Position numbers and translations under genes: made by a program. The notes beneath the pieces are model-generated. The model made no database searches, was not told where the DNA came from, and worked only from the letters and a program-made list of their open reading frames with translations. Positions 27,736 to 36,823 of a stretch of 64,000 nt of DNA are shown one piece after another. The DNA is from an uncultured Verrucomicrobiota bacterium (GTDB taxonomy: Bacteria; Verrucomicrobiota; Kiritimatiellia; PWTM01), in contig CAZSUU010000006.1 in the NCBI GenBank assembly GCA_964610105.1, positions 70,068 through 134,067 on the forward strand. The letters run 5' to 3'. Positions within the stretch are counted from its first letter, which is position 1. Each line of letters opens with the position of its first letter.

Positions 27736-28599
27736 ATGCATCGGCCTGAAGGGATGAAAGGCGGTAGGGCTGTGAAGACTCGTTCTGGCGCGTTTTTGGC
27801 TGCGGTGGCGGCGGTGTTCGTTCTGGCGGGCGTGGCTTCCGCGGACTCGATCGGCATCAACTTCTACGACAGTTCCACCGCGGAGTTCCTGGTTGCGGGC
27901 GATGCGGCGGGAGCCCCCGGCTACCAGCAGCAGAACTGGAACAACGTCGGACGGTGGGGCAACTGGACCTCGGTCAACGACGACTCCGGCGTCGACTCGG
28001 GAGTGGACATCTCGTGGGACGCCGCCAACACCTGGAGGCTCGGCGGCGGCGTGACGAACACGCCCGATCAGAGGTTGATGTATGGCTACCTCGATGCCAC
28101 CGGCGAGGCGAACACCTACACCAACCCGTACAGCCTCTGGAGCAACCAGAACAAGCCGCAGGTGGTGGCGACCGGCCTGTCGTCCTGGCTCTCTGCCGTG
28201 GGTGCCTCGAGCTACAAAGTCGTGATCTATATGGATGGTGACGCGACGGAAGGGCGAGTCTCGGAGTACTGGGTGCAGGAGTGCACCGGCTCGGATGTTG
28301 CCGCCCTGAGTCTGGGCAGTGATCTGACCTCGCACGTGTTCGTGAGCGACGTCTCCACCTTCTCCAGCACCTTCACGCTGGTGCCACTGTCCGCCAACTC
28401 CGTCGCGAATGCCGGCCAGGGCAACTATGTGGTCTTCGAGGGGCTCACCGCCGACCAGTTCCTGGTGCGGACCGAGGAACAGACCTTCCGCGCCACCATC
28501 AACGGTCTTCAGTTCGTGAGCATCCCCGAACCGACGACGATTTCACTGCTCGGCCTGGTCGGCCTGGCGGCCATCCTTCGGCGGTTTCGCTCCGTCTGA
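27736..28599 (+). CDS. PEP-CTERM sorting-domain protein (exosortase substrate), paralog 1
   Basis: The C-terminus IPEPTTISLLGLVGLAAILRRFRSV is the canonical PEP motif followed by a TM helix and a basic tail. The N-terminal signal peptide is AFLAAVAAVFVLAGVASA. The track ORF starts with GTG at 27727. Confidence 0.8.
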   Translation: MHRPEGMKGGRAVKTRSGAFLAAVAAVFVLAGVASADSIGINFYDSSTAEFLVAGDAAGAPGYQQQNWNNVGRWGNWTSVNDDSGVDSGVDISWDAANTWRLGGGVTNTPDQRLMYGYLDATGEANTYTNPYSLWSNQNKPQVVATGLSSWLSAVGASSYKVVIYMDGDATEGRVSEYWVQECTGSDVAALSLGSDLTSHVFVSDVSTFSSTFTLVPLSANSVANAGQGNYVVFEGLTADQFLVRTEEQTFRATINGLQFVSIPEPTTISLLGLVGLAAILRRFRSV

Positions 28600-28617
28600 T
28601 TCCCGATTCCGGCGACC

Positions 28618-28659
28618 CGGGCCCGTCGTGCATGATGCCGGCGGGCCCGGTTCGTTTTC
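28618..28659 (+). terminator. Rho-independent terminator-like hairpin after the first PEP-CTERM gene
   Basis: The self-complementary CGGGCCCG arms lie at 28618-28625 and 28642-28649, followed by TTCGTTTT. Confidence 0.4.
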
Positions 28660-28789
28660 CCCCTCCCCACGACGGCAGGCGACGCCTCCACGAGAGTCTG
28701 CGCAGCGGCGCGCGAAGCAGGGTCCCCGGCGAGCCGCTCATGGCGGGCCGTGGCCAGGCCGCGGGGGCTGAAAAAGCGGCGGAATCGAG

Positions 28790-28819
28790 TTGACAGCGCG
28801 AAAGCCAGATGGGAAGAAT
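28790..28819 (+). promoter_or_regulatory. Sigma70-like promoter (TTGACA-N18-AAGAAT) upstream of the second PEP-CTERM gene
   Basis: A perfect -35 TTGACA sits at 28790-28795. A weak -10 follows. The ribosome-binding site GAGGGTGAG precedes the ATG at 28870. Confidence 0.3.
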
Positions 28820-28869
28820 GCTGACAGTCAATGCAGTTGGGGAGCGATGGAAACACGAGGGTGAGTCCA

Positions 28870-29657
28870 TGAAGAAGATTCTGTGCGGTTGTGCAATGCT
28901 GGCGCTGCTGGTCGTAGGAGCCGAGGCCGCTGTGATCGGGCTGAACTTCACCGACGGTTGGCCGACCCCGATGCTGGGCGGCGGCGAAACGGCGGATGGA
29001 TTCAGCAACTGGACCGACAGCATGGGCGACATGGGCGGAGGGGGGACCAATCCGCAGTTGGGCACGAACGTGCTCACCGGGAGCTCCGTGCAGGCGATCT
29101 TCCACTCCGCCAATACATGGGCGGCCGGAAACGAGAACGACAGCGAGCAGCAGCTTTACCGGGTCTATCTGGATGACGGGGATGGCGGCAGCTCTCTGGT
29201 CAACGGGGACGGCATCGGCGTCAGCGTGACCCTGTCCGGCCTGGGCACATGGCTGACGGCCAGCGGCGATTCGAGCTACACCATCCGCGCCTACGGCTCG
29301 ACGGACTGGGGCACCTCGCCTTTTCAGCCCGTTGACGTTCGCTTGGGCGCGCCCAATCCGGACGATGGCGCGAACCAGTTGCTCAATCTCACTGTCCTGG
29401 AGACCATAGCGATTCCAACTCTCGGCGACGGCGCCTTCCCCACGGGCACGGGCGCGGGAGGCTCTCGCGGATACGGTGATTCCTCCTCGTTGCTCAATGC
29501 GGACGTCATCACCCTGACCATTCCGATCAACAACGGCACCGCCCGGGGCACGCTCGCGGGATTCAAGATCACCACCATCCCCGAACCCGCCACCGGCGGC
29601 ATGATCGCCATCGGCCTGGCTGTCCTCCTGAAGCTTCGGCGTCGCCGGTCGGTGTAG
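28870..29657 (+). CDS. PEP-CTERM sorting-domain protein, paralog 2
   Basis: The C-terminus is IPEPATGGMIAIGLAVLLKLRRRRSV and the signal peptide is MKKILCGCAMLALLVVGAEAA. The N-terminal domain resembles paralog 1 (IGINF/IGLNF, NTW..G, SSY..V.Y blocks). Confidence 0.8.
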
Positions 29658-29801
29658 CGCAGGCGGCCTCCGCTCGCGGCGAGCGGGCGGGGAATACGCG
29701 CCGGGACTTGTTTCGGCAGGAGATGCCGGAGAGGTCCCGGCGCTTCGTTTTGCGCCCGGACGCGCCATCGGCGGGGCGGCGGGTCCGGAGGCCCCGCCCT
29801 T

Positions 29802-31022
29802 CTACTTGGTGAACTCCACGGCGTACTCGATGCGGCCCTTGCCTCCCGCGAGGCCATCGATCGATACCCAGTAGCGCTCGCCCGCGGAGAGGTCGATTTC
29901 GGCGGGGCGGAACATGACGCAGATCGGGATCCCATACCCGCCGGTGTCGACATTGACGTAGTCGAGCCGAAGAGGATCCTTGCGGCTGGCCGGATCGCTC
30001 ACCGCGGGTCCCTTGAGCGGATAGAGGTTGATCGTCAGCTTGTCGCGCGCCGGCGGCCGGTACTTCTTGGGATTGAGCAGGACGCACCACGCGTGCCGGG
30101 GGCCGAAGTAGCGGGACGGCATGAAGCCGGCGGCCGGGAAGGCCACGTAGTCGAACTCCTTCGCGGTTCCGGAGTGGTCCATGCTGTACATCGCGGCGAA
30201 ACCGCCGGCGGCGCCGAATCCGGTCTTCGCCATGGGCGGGTTGAGGCACCAGCGTCGATGGCCCAGGCGGTCGATGTTCGACGGATCGCTGTCGAACATG
30301 AACCCGTCCACGCTCGACACCACTCCCCCGCCGCTGTGGAGGTTCGACCGGCCGGCGCCCTCGGCGGCCTTCTTGTATTCGGCCGGCGGCATCCCGGGAT
30401 TCGGCGGATTGTGATCGAGGCGGCCGAGTTTCTGGCAGATGCCCGCGGCCGCCTCCGCCAGCTCGGTGTAGCCCGGATCGAGCGTCACGTCGCTGGAGAG
30501 CCCGGCGATGTACCGGTAGGCGTTCAGGCGATTGAGCGCTTCCACGTATTCCTGCGGGTATCCCTTTCCGCCCGGATTGCGTGTCAGACCCGGGTACTCC
30601 GCCGCACGCCGGTCTTCGATGACCTTCAGCGCCTGGCGGATCTCGTCTTCGGATCGCGGGAAGTACTGCGCGGCGGGACCCGACGGCCCGGTCCGCCGGC
30701 TCGCCGGGCGGGACAGCTGCGGGATGCGCGCGCTCGGAGCGGCCGGGGCCGTCTCCGGCGTCGTCCCGGGCGACGGCCGGGCTTCCGGCGTTGAAGGGGC
30801 GGGACGCGTCGGAGAGGCGGGCGTGGTGGGTCGGGCGAAGGAGGGCAGGCCGAGAAAAGGACTCGGCCTGGCCGGCGTCGCCGCGTTGGTGGAGGCGGAT
30901 CCGTCCGCGGCGCCCTCGTCCATGGCCCCGTCCTGGGCCATGGACGCGCCCGCCGCCAGGCAGAACAACGCGCCCCATGCGGCCGCCGCCATCCGGTTCG
31001 ATACCCGCGCACATCGAATCAT
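29802..31022 (-). CDS. Secreted CAP (SCP/PR-1-like) domain protein with a Pro/Thr-rich linker
   Basis: The signal peptide is MIRCARVSNRMAAAAWGALFCLAAGASMA. A low-complexity PT-rich linker runs about 100 aa. The C-terminal domain has a CAP-like HRRW/CLNP core (LGHRRWCLNPPMAKTGFG). Confidence 0.55.
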   Translation of the reverse strand: MIRCARVSNRMAAAAWGALFCLAAGASMAQDGAMDEGAADGSASTNAATPARPSPFLGLPSFARPTTPASPTRPAPSTPEARPSPGTTPETAPAAPSARIPQLSRPASRRTGPSGPAAQYFPRSEDEIRQALKVIEDRRAAEYPGLTRNPGGKGYPQEYVEALNRLNAYRYIAGLSSDVTLDPGYTELAEAAAGICQKLGRLDHNPPNPGMPPAEYKKAAEGAGRSNLHSGGGVVSSVDGFMFDSDPSNIDRLGHRRWCLNPPMAKTGFGAAGGFAAMYSMDHSGTAKEFDYVAFPAAGFMPSRYFGPRHAWCVLLNPKKYRPPARDKLTINLYPLKGPAVSDPASRKDPLRLDYVNVDTGGYGIPICVMFRPAEIDLSAGERYWVSIDGLAGGKGRIEYAVEFTK

Positions 31023-31324
31023 GAATTCACTCCCGCGCCGTGGCACGGCCGCCCGGCCCCGCCGCCCCGCGCGCGGAGGCCCGCCCGCCGCGGCCGGCGC
31101 GGCGGACAGTCCTCCCGACGGCAGATCCTTCAGCAGAACACCCATCGACGCCTCCATCATTAACCTCTTTTCGAGCGTTATGCACGCTTCTGCGCCGCAT
31201 CTTCCTGCCCGTCCGTCGCGGTTCCCGCACTCCAATGCGTACTTCGCAACCCGCCGCCGCCGAATTCCGGCAGCGGCGGCAGGTCGATCCGTCGGCGGGT
31301 CGGCTCCACGATCTCCGCGCGGAG

Positions 31325-31552
31325 CTACGCGCGCTCGCCCCCCCCGCCCGGCCGCTGGCCGTCGGGGGCTTCAGCCCTTCGGAGCCGATGCGTCCCCGCG
31401 CCCGGCGGGGCGCCCTGCCGCCGCCGGACGGCCTCGCGCAGAAGGTACTCGATCTGGCCGTTGACGCTCCGCAGATCGGCCTGTGCCCAGCGCTCGAGTT
31501 CGGCCCACAGGGCGGGGTCGATACGCAGAAGAAATGGCTTTCGTTCCGCCAC
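31325..31552 (-). CDS. Arc/MetJ-type ribbon-helix-helix DNA-binding protein
   Basis: [38 protein letters not shown] fits the Arc-like beta-strand plus two-helix pattern. It lies 8 bp downstream of the SPFH gene on the same strand. Confidence 0.55.
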   Translation of the reverse strand: MAERKPFLLRIDPALWAELERWAQADLRSVNGQIEYLLREAVRRRQGAPPGAGTHRLRRAEAPDGQRPGGGGERA

Positions 31553-31559
31553 GGCTCGC

Positions 31560-32441
31560 TCAGGTGTACAGGGTGCCCGTGTTGACGACCGGATGCACCT
31601 CGGTCTCGCTGCAGAGGACCACCATGAGGTTGCTCACCATCGCCGCCTTGCGCTCATCGTCCAACTGCACCACGTTTCGTCCGGCCAATTCATGCAACGC
31701 CATATCGACCATGCTCACCGCGCCGTGCACGATCTTCTGGCGCGCGGCGATGATCGCCTCCGCCTGCTGGCGGCGCAGCATCGCCTGCGCGATCTCCGGC
31801 GCGTAAGCCAGGTGGGTGAGCCGCGCTTCGTCGACCACCACGCCCGCCTTGCCGAGGCGCTCCTGCAACTCCTGCCGAAGGGAGACGGACACCTCGTCGG
31901 TCCCGCTGCGCAGCGTGACCTCGTTCTCCTCGCCGTGGTCGTAGGCATAGCTGCTGGCGAGGTGGCGGATGGCCGACTCGCTCTGGATGCGCACGTAGGA
32001 CTCGTAGTGGTCCACGTCGAACTTCGCCTTCGCGGTGTCCTCGACGCGCCAGACCACCACGGCGGCGATCTCGATCGGATTGCCCCGCTTGTCGTTCACC
32101 TTCAGCGTCTCGCTGTTCAGGTTCCGCACGCGCAGGGAGATCCCCTGGCCCTTCGAGTAGAACGGATTCGCCCAGTGGAATCCGCTGGTGCGGGCCGTGC
32201 CGCGGTACGCCCCGAACAGCACCAGCACCCGCGCCTCGTTCGGCTGCAGGGTGAAGAACCCGTTGGCCAGGATGGCTACGGTCACCAGCGTGATGACCCC
32301 CAGAATGACCAGGGGGCTCATCGACGCGATCATGGCGATGCCGAGCAGGATCATCGCGATCACCACCGCCAGCATCGTCCATCCGTTGCCCACCGTCACT
32401 TCGATCTCTTCGCTCTTCGTCGTCTTCTCCGTCGTCGTCAT
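31560..32441 (-). CDS. SPFH/Band-7 (stomatin/prohibitin-like) membrane protein
   Basis: The N-terminal TM helix is [36 protein letters not shown]. The SPFH core starts [30 protein letters not shown] precedes the ATG chosen at 32441. Confidence 0.85.
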   Translation of the reverse strand: MTTTEKTTKSEEIEVTVGNGWTMLAVVIAMILLGIAMIASMSPLVILGVITLVTVAILANGFFTLQPNEARVLVLFGAYRGTARTSGFHWANPFYSKGQGISLRVRNLNSETLKVNDKRGNPIEIAAVVVWRVEDTAKAKFDVDHYESYVRIQSESAIRHLASSYAYDHGEENEVTLRSGTDEVSVSLRQELQERLGKAGVVVDEARLTHLAYAPEIAQAMLRRQQAEAIIAARQKIVHGAVSMVDMALHELAGRNVVQLDDERKAAMVSNLMVVLCSETEVHPVVNTGTLYT

Positions 32442-32682
32442 ACCACCCTCCATCCCGCGATCGGGATACATATCATGGTGATATCATATCGAAATCATCC
32501 GGTGTGTCAATGGCAAAGAAGAAGGGAATCGCATCAGGCCACATGAAGGCATCGTCTTCTCATCGTAGGGGCTTCACTTGCGAAACTTCGACGAGATCCG
32601 GCATACGCGGACAGGCACGGGCAGCGTGATGGCCATTCCGTCCAAGGATTGGACGTGGAACCAGGAGACCATTCCCATCCCT

Positions 32683-32719
32683 GGGACATGGGGACAGGGA
32701 CAAAGGGACATGGGGACAG
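32683..32719 (+). repeat. Tandem direct repeat GGGACATGGGGACAG x2 (22-bp periodicity) in a long intergenic region
   Basis: Exact 15-mer copies lie at 32683-32697 and 32705-32719, separated by GGACAAA. Confidence 0.5.
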
Positions 32720-32734
32720 ATTGTTCCGCCAAGA

Positions 32735-32758
32735 CATGATACGCAAATGCGTATGATG
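32735..32758 (+). promoter_or_regulatory. Inverted repeat catgATACGCA-aa-TGCGTATgatg (candidate operator)
   Basis: The perfect 7-bp arms ATACGCA / TGCGTAT are separated by 2 nt at 32739-32754. The arms extend imperfectly to 10/11 matches. Confidence 0.3.
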
Positions 32759-32770
32759 TTTTCCGTCAGG

Positions 32771-32823
32771 TTCCTCCGTGGAAAGGGTGGCGGAACAATC
32801 TCTGAAGGCGGCGCCGTTGCACG
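32771..32823 (+). promoter_or_regulatory. Conserved intergenic element (same as 27469-27520), core CTGAAGGCGGCGCCGTTGCACG
   Basis: It aligns to 27469-27520 at CCTCCGTG(G)AA(G)AGGG.GGCGG.ACAATCTC.GAAGGCGGCGC.GTTGCA. It lies 398 bp upstream of xylA. Confidence 0.3.
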
Positions 32824-33217
32824 GACGAACGGAAGGAATGGAGCGAGAGCATTGAGCGGCCAACGCCGTTGGGTTGCGGCCTCGCCGCCTTAGGGAAGTA
32901 GTATCGCCCCCCCCGCGCCGTGATCAGGATCGGCATCGCAGAACCTCCCGGCGGCGGAGGGAAGAACGGACTCGCGCCAGGTCCGCGCCCAGCCAGGCCA
33001 CGAAGCCATGTACGGACGAGTCCGCCACCCGTGCGCTTCGCCACCTCCCCGGCAGATCCCGTTGCGTGAGCCAACACTCCGCGCGGTACAGCGCGTGCCC
33101 GGTCGCGAACTGGTGAGCCGCCAACCCGCAGAGCGCACCGCCGCCGCCGGCGGAATTGGCTGTCGCCCCTGCGGCGAAGGTGCGATACTTGCCCCAGCAA
33201 TACGGGAGAGACAAGTC

Positions 33218-34255
33218 ATGCCAGGCGTATTCAGGTTCTCATTCGGCCCCTGGAATCTCCACGAGGGCGCAGACCCGTTCGGTCCCACCGTTCGCGAGTC
33301 CATCCCCTTCAACCGCAAGCTCGCCCGATACCGGCCGCTCGGATTCGGGGCCGTGCAATTCCACGACGACGACGCCGTCCCCGGTCTCGACCGCCTGTCG
33401 GCGGCGCGAATCGAGAAGCAGGCCGTCGCCTGCCGCAAGGCCCTCCGACGGCACGGTCTCAGGGCGGAGTTCGTGGCGCCGCGGCTGTGGGAGAGCCCGA
33501 TGACCATCGACGGCGCCTACACGTCCAACAGCCCGAAATGCCGGGCCTACGCGCGCGCGCGCTCGCGCATCGCGATCGACATCGCGAACATCCTGGGCAC
33601 CGACCTCATCGTGCTGTGGCTCGCGCGCGAGGGCACTTACATCCGCGAGGCCAAGGACAGCTGCACCGCGACCGAACGCCTGCTGGAGGCGGTCAACGAC
33701 ATGCTGACCTACGACCGCCGGATCCGGATCGCCATCGAGCCGAAGCCCAACGAGCCCATGGACCACGCCTACATCCCCACGACCGGCCACGCCCTGGCCC
33801 TGGGCTACCGCTCATGCGATCCCGCGCGCGTCGGCGTGAACATCGAAAGCGCGCATGCCATTCTCGCGGGGCTGGATCCGTCCGACGAAATGGGCTTCGC
33901 CCTCTCGTGCGGCAAACTCTGGACGGTTCATCTGAACGACCAGAACGGACTGAAGTTCGATCAGGACAAGACCTTCGCAGCCGTTGACCTGCGGCGGGCG
34001 TTCAATCAGGTGCGCGTCCTGGACCGGCACGAGTACGGCCGGAAGGGCGAGTGGGTCGGGTTGGATGTCAAGGCCATGCGCACGCAGAAGGCCGGCGTGG
34101 CCGACAAGCACCTGCGCAACAGCCGGGAGATGTTCCTCCGGCTGCTGCGCCTCTCGCGCGAGATCGATGACACGACCGTCAACGAGCTGGTCGCCGCGCG
34201 AGACTACGAGGAGCTGGAGATCCGGATACTCCGCCGGCTGACCGGTCGGGCCTGA
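33218..34255 (+). CDS. xylA: Xylose isomerase (class I)
   Basis: FRFSFGPWNLHEGADPFG, IAIEPKPNEPMDHAYIPTTGHALALG and CGKLWTVHLNDQNGLKFDQD match actinobacterial-type XylA. A GGGAGAG ribosome-binding site precedes the ATG. Confidence 0.9.
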   Translation: MPGVFRFSFGPWNLHEGADPFGPTVRESIPFNRKLARYRPLGFGAVQFHDDDAVPGLDRLSAARIEKQAVACRKALRRHGLRAEFVAPRLWESPMTIDGAYTSNSPKCRAYARARSRIAIDIANILGTDLIVLWLAREGTYIREAKDSCTATERLLEAVNDMLTYDRRIRIAIEPKPNEPMDHAYIPTTGHALALGYRSCDPARVGVNIESAHAILAGLDPSDEMGFALSCGKLWTVHLNDQNGLKFDQDKTFAAVDLRRAFNQVRVLDRHEYGRKGEWVGLDVKAMRTQKAGVADKHLRNSREMFLRLLRLSREIDDTTVNELVAARDYEELEIRILRRLTGRA

Positions 34256-34283
34256 TCCGACGCCGGGGCTCGGTTGCATTTCC

Positions 34284-34297
34284 TTGATCTGCGTCAA
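34284..34297 (+). promoter_or_regulatory. CRP/FNR-family-type palindrome TTGATctgcGTCAA upstream of hcp (class II position)
   Basis: The palindrome centre sits about 30 bp before a TACTGT -10-like hexamer (34321-34326) and 88 bp before the hcp ATG. Confidence 0.5.
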
Positions 34298-34378
34298 GGG
34301 GCATCCCGCGCGCGTCGCCTACTGTAGGCGCGTCACACGGAATACACGGGTCGTCCCGTCACATGAAAGGAAACAGCG

Positions 34379-36037
34379 ATGAGCAGCATGTTCTGTTACC
34401 AGTGCGAGCAGACCGCGAAGGGGAGCGGCTGCAATTACATGGGCGTCTGCGGCAAGGATCCCGAGACCGCCGCCCTGCAGGATCTCCTGATTCACGCCGC
34501 GAAAGGGATCGCGCAGTATGCCCACCGCGCCCGCCAGCTCGGCGCGACGTGCCGCGACGCCGATGTCTTCGTCGTCGAAGCGCTCTTCACCACCGTCACC
34601 AACGTCAACTTCGATCCCGCGCGGCTTGAAGTCCTGCTCCGCCGCGCCGCGGCCGTTCGGGATCAGGCGAAGCGTCTTCTGGAAGAGACGGCGGGCAAGG
34701 CCGGGACGCCCGGCGGGACGGTCGCCGGCCCCGCGGAATGGCAACCCGCCGCCGATCTCGCGGGCCTGATCAAGCAGGGCGAGGAGGTCGGCATCGAGGG
34801 CATGCTCGACGCCGCCGGCCCGGACATCACCGGTCTGAAACAGCTGCTGACCTACGGCCTCAAGGGCATGGCGGCCTACGCCGACCACGCGCTGGTGCTC
34901 GGCCGGGAGGACGAGGCCGTCTTCGCGTTCTTCCATGAGGCCCTCGACTTCCTCACGCGGGACGGCCTGACGGTCGAGGCGCTGTTCGCGATGAACCTGC
35001 GCTGCGGCGAGGTGAACCTGAAGGTCATGGAGCTTCTCGATGCCGCCAACACCGGGGCCTACGGCCATCCGGTGCCCACCCCCGTCCGCATCACTCCCGT
35101 CGCCGGCAAGGCGATCCTGGTCTCCGGCCACGACCTCAAGGACCTGGAGGAGCTGCTCAAGCAGACCGAGGGCACGGCGATCCACATCTACACGCACGGC
35201 GAGATGCTGCCCGCGCACGGCTACCCCGGGCTGAAGAAGTACCCGCATCTGGTCGGCAACTACGGCGGCGCGTGGCAGGACCAGCGCAAGGAGTTCGATG
35301 ACTTCCCCGGCGCGATCCTGATGACGACGAACTGCATCCAGAAGCCCAAGGACACCTACATCGGCCGCATCTTCACCAGCGGCCTCGTGGCGTGGCCCCA
35401 CGTCGCGCACATCCGGAACCGCGATTTCACGCCGGTCATCGAGGCCGCCAAGGCGGCCCCCGGCTTCGCGTCGACCGAGCCCGAGAAGACGATCCTCGTG
35501 GGCTTCGGGCACCACGCCGTGCTCGGGGTGGCGCCCACGGTGATCGAGGCGGTGAAGGCCGGCGCGATCCGGCGGTTCTTCCTCATCGGCGGCTGCGACG
35601 GCGCCAAGACGGGTCGGGATTACTACACCCGTTTCGCCGAGGCGGTGCCGAAGGACTGCGTCATCCTGACCCTGGCGTGCGGGAAGTACCGCTTCAACAA
35701 GCTGGATTTCGGCACGCTCGGCGGACTCCCGCGGCTGCTCGACGTCGGGCAGTGCAACGACGCCTACTCCGCGATCAAGATCGCTTCGGCCCTCGCCGGC
35801 GCGTTCAACTGCGGCGTCAACGACCTGCCGCTCTCGCTGGTGCTGTCCTGGTACGAGCAGAAGGCGGTGTGCATCCTCCTGACCCTCCTCTTCCTCGGCA
35901 TCCGCAACATCCGCCTGGGACCGACCCTGCCCGCGTTCGTCACGCCCGCCGTGCTGAACGTGCTGGTCGAGAAGTTCAACATCAAACCGATCACCACCGT
36001 CGAGGCCGACCTGGAGGCCGCGCTGGCCGGGGCCTGA
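34379..36037 (+). CDS. hcp: Hybrid cluster protein (hydroxylamine reductase)
   Basis: The N-terminal cysteine motif [23 protein letters not shown] is diagnostic. The 552-aa length fits. Confidence 0.95.
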   Translation: MSSMFCYQCEQTAKGSGCNYMGVCGKDPETAALQDLLIHAAKGIAQYAHRARQLGATCRDADVFVVEALFTTVTNVNFDPARLEVLLRRAAAVRDQAKRLLEETAGKAGTPGGTVAGPAEWQPAADLAGLIKQGEEVGIEGMLDAAGPDITGLKQLLTYGLKGMAAYADHALVLGREDEAVFAFFHEALDFLTRDGLTVEALFAMNLRCGEVNLKVMELLDAANTGAYGHPVPTPVRITPVAGKAILVSGHDLKDLEELLKQTEGTAIHIYTHGEMLPAHGYPGLKKYPHLVGNYGGAWQDQRKEFDDFPGAILMTTNCIQKPKDTYIGRIFTSGLVAWPHVAHIRNRDFTPVIEAAKAAPGFASTEPEKTILVGFGHHAVLGVAPTVIEAVKAGAIRRFFLIGGCDGAKTGRDYYTRFAEAVPKDCVILTLACGKYRFNKLDFGTLGGLPRLLDVGQCNDAYSAIKIASALAGAFNCGVNDLPLSLVLSWYEQKAVCILLTLLFLGIRNIRLGPTLPAFVTPAVLNVLVEKFNIKPITTVEADLEAALAGA

Positions 36038-36063
36038 GCCGGGACGAGAGAAGGACGCAGAGA

Positions 36064-36096
36064 GGGGCGGGGCCGTGCGGCCCCGCCCTTCATCTT
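36064..36096 (+). terminator. Rho-independent terminator after hcp
   Basis: The GC-rich stem GGGGCGGGGCC-gtgc-GGCCCCGCCC is followed by TTCATCTT. Confidence 0.55.
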
Positions 36097-36130
36097 GCTG
36101 GCCCGCGCCGCGTCTGGTAGAAGAGGCGGC

Positions 36131-36823
36131 ATGCCGAATCCCGGACAGCGAGGAAGCCATGCCGCGGAGGTTGCGGGGAAGGCGGGGGGTGCGCCGGGAT
36201 CCGCCGGCCGCCTGCGCACGGCGGGCCTGCTCCTCTGGGTCTTCGCGCTCGGTTTCCTGAGCATGGGCTTTCAACTGGTGGGCTCGCGCCTCCTGGCCCC
36301 GTCCTTCGGATCGACGATCATCGTCTGGGCGTTCCTGATCTCCACGTTCCTCGCCGCCTACAGTGCGGGCTCCTTCCTCGGCGGCGGTCTCTCGTCGCGG
36401 GAACCGCATCGCTGGCGGCCGCCGCTGGCGGGCGTCTTCATCGGCGCATCCATCGGTCTCGCATTCGTTGCCTTCGCCGGCAGGCCCTGCCTCGGCTGGA
36501 TCGAGCGGAACATCCCCGGCTTCAACGCCGGCCTCGCCGTCGCCTGCCCCCTGCTGTTCCTGCTCCCGGTGACCTCCCTGTCCGCGATCCTGCCCTTCTG
36601 CGCGCAGACCTTCGGCTTCTGGGGATACCCCTCGGGGTTCTCGACGGGACTGATCTACGGCACCAGCACCCTGGGCAACATCGCGGGCGTCCTGACCACC
36701 GCGCTCGTCCTGATCCCGAGGTACGGGGTGCGGTCGCTGCTCTGTGCCTGGCTTGTCCTGGGTGTCGTGACCATGCTCCTGCTGTACAGGTATCTCCGGC
36801 CCCATGAACCGCGGCCCCACTGA
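36131..36823 (+). CDS. Polytopic membrane protein (possible N-terminal membrane module of a fused membrane/spermidine-synthase protein)
   Basis: Six or more hydrophobic helices are present (LLLWVFALGFLSMGFQLVGS, IIVWAFLISTFLAAYSAGSFLGG and others). The ATG at 36131 follows AAGAGG. The track ORF starts with TTG at 36095. Confidence 0.5.
   Translation: MPNPGQRGSHAAEVAGKAGGAPGSAGRLRTAGLLLWVFALGFLSMGFQLVGSRLLAPSFGSTIIVWAFLISTFLAAYSAGSFLGGGLSSREPHRWRPPLAGVFIGASIGLAFVAFAGRPCLGWIERNIPGFNAGLAVACPLLFLLPVTSLSAILPFCAQTFGFWGYPSGFSTGLIYGTSTLGNIAGVLTTALVLIPRYGVRSLLCAWLVLGVVTMLLLYRYLRPHEPRPH

Noticed and set aside
31023-31235. Longer N-terminal version of the CAP-domain protein (track start 31235)
   Set aside because: The upstream 71 codons are Gly/Arg-rich with no signal peptide. 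The internal Met at 31022 begins a typical n-h-c signal peptide.
31236-31269. Possible fourth copy of the sigma54-like element upstream of the CAP-domain gene (minus strand, GGCGGCGGCGGGTTGCG)
   Set aside because: It has only a partial match, and the GG-to-GC spacing is 9 rather than 10. GGCGGCG runs are common in this GC-rich genome.
32534-32863. Cys-rich 109-aa minus-strand ORF inside the long SPFH-xylA intergenic region
   Set aside because: It has no ribosome-binding site or recognisable fold. It spans the tandem repeat and the conserved element. Its composition is atypical. More likely this is non-coding regulatory DNA, though a small-protein call cannot be fully excluded without expression data.
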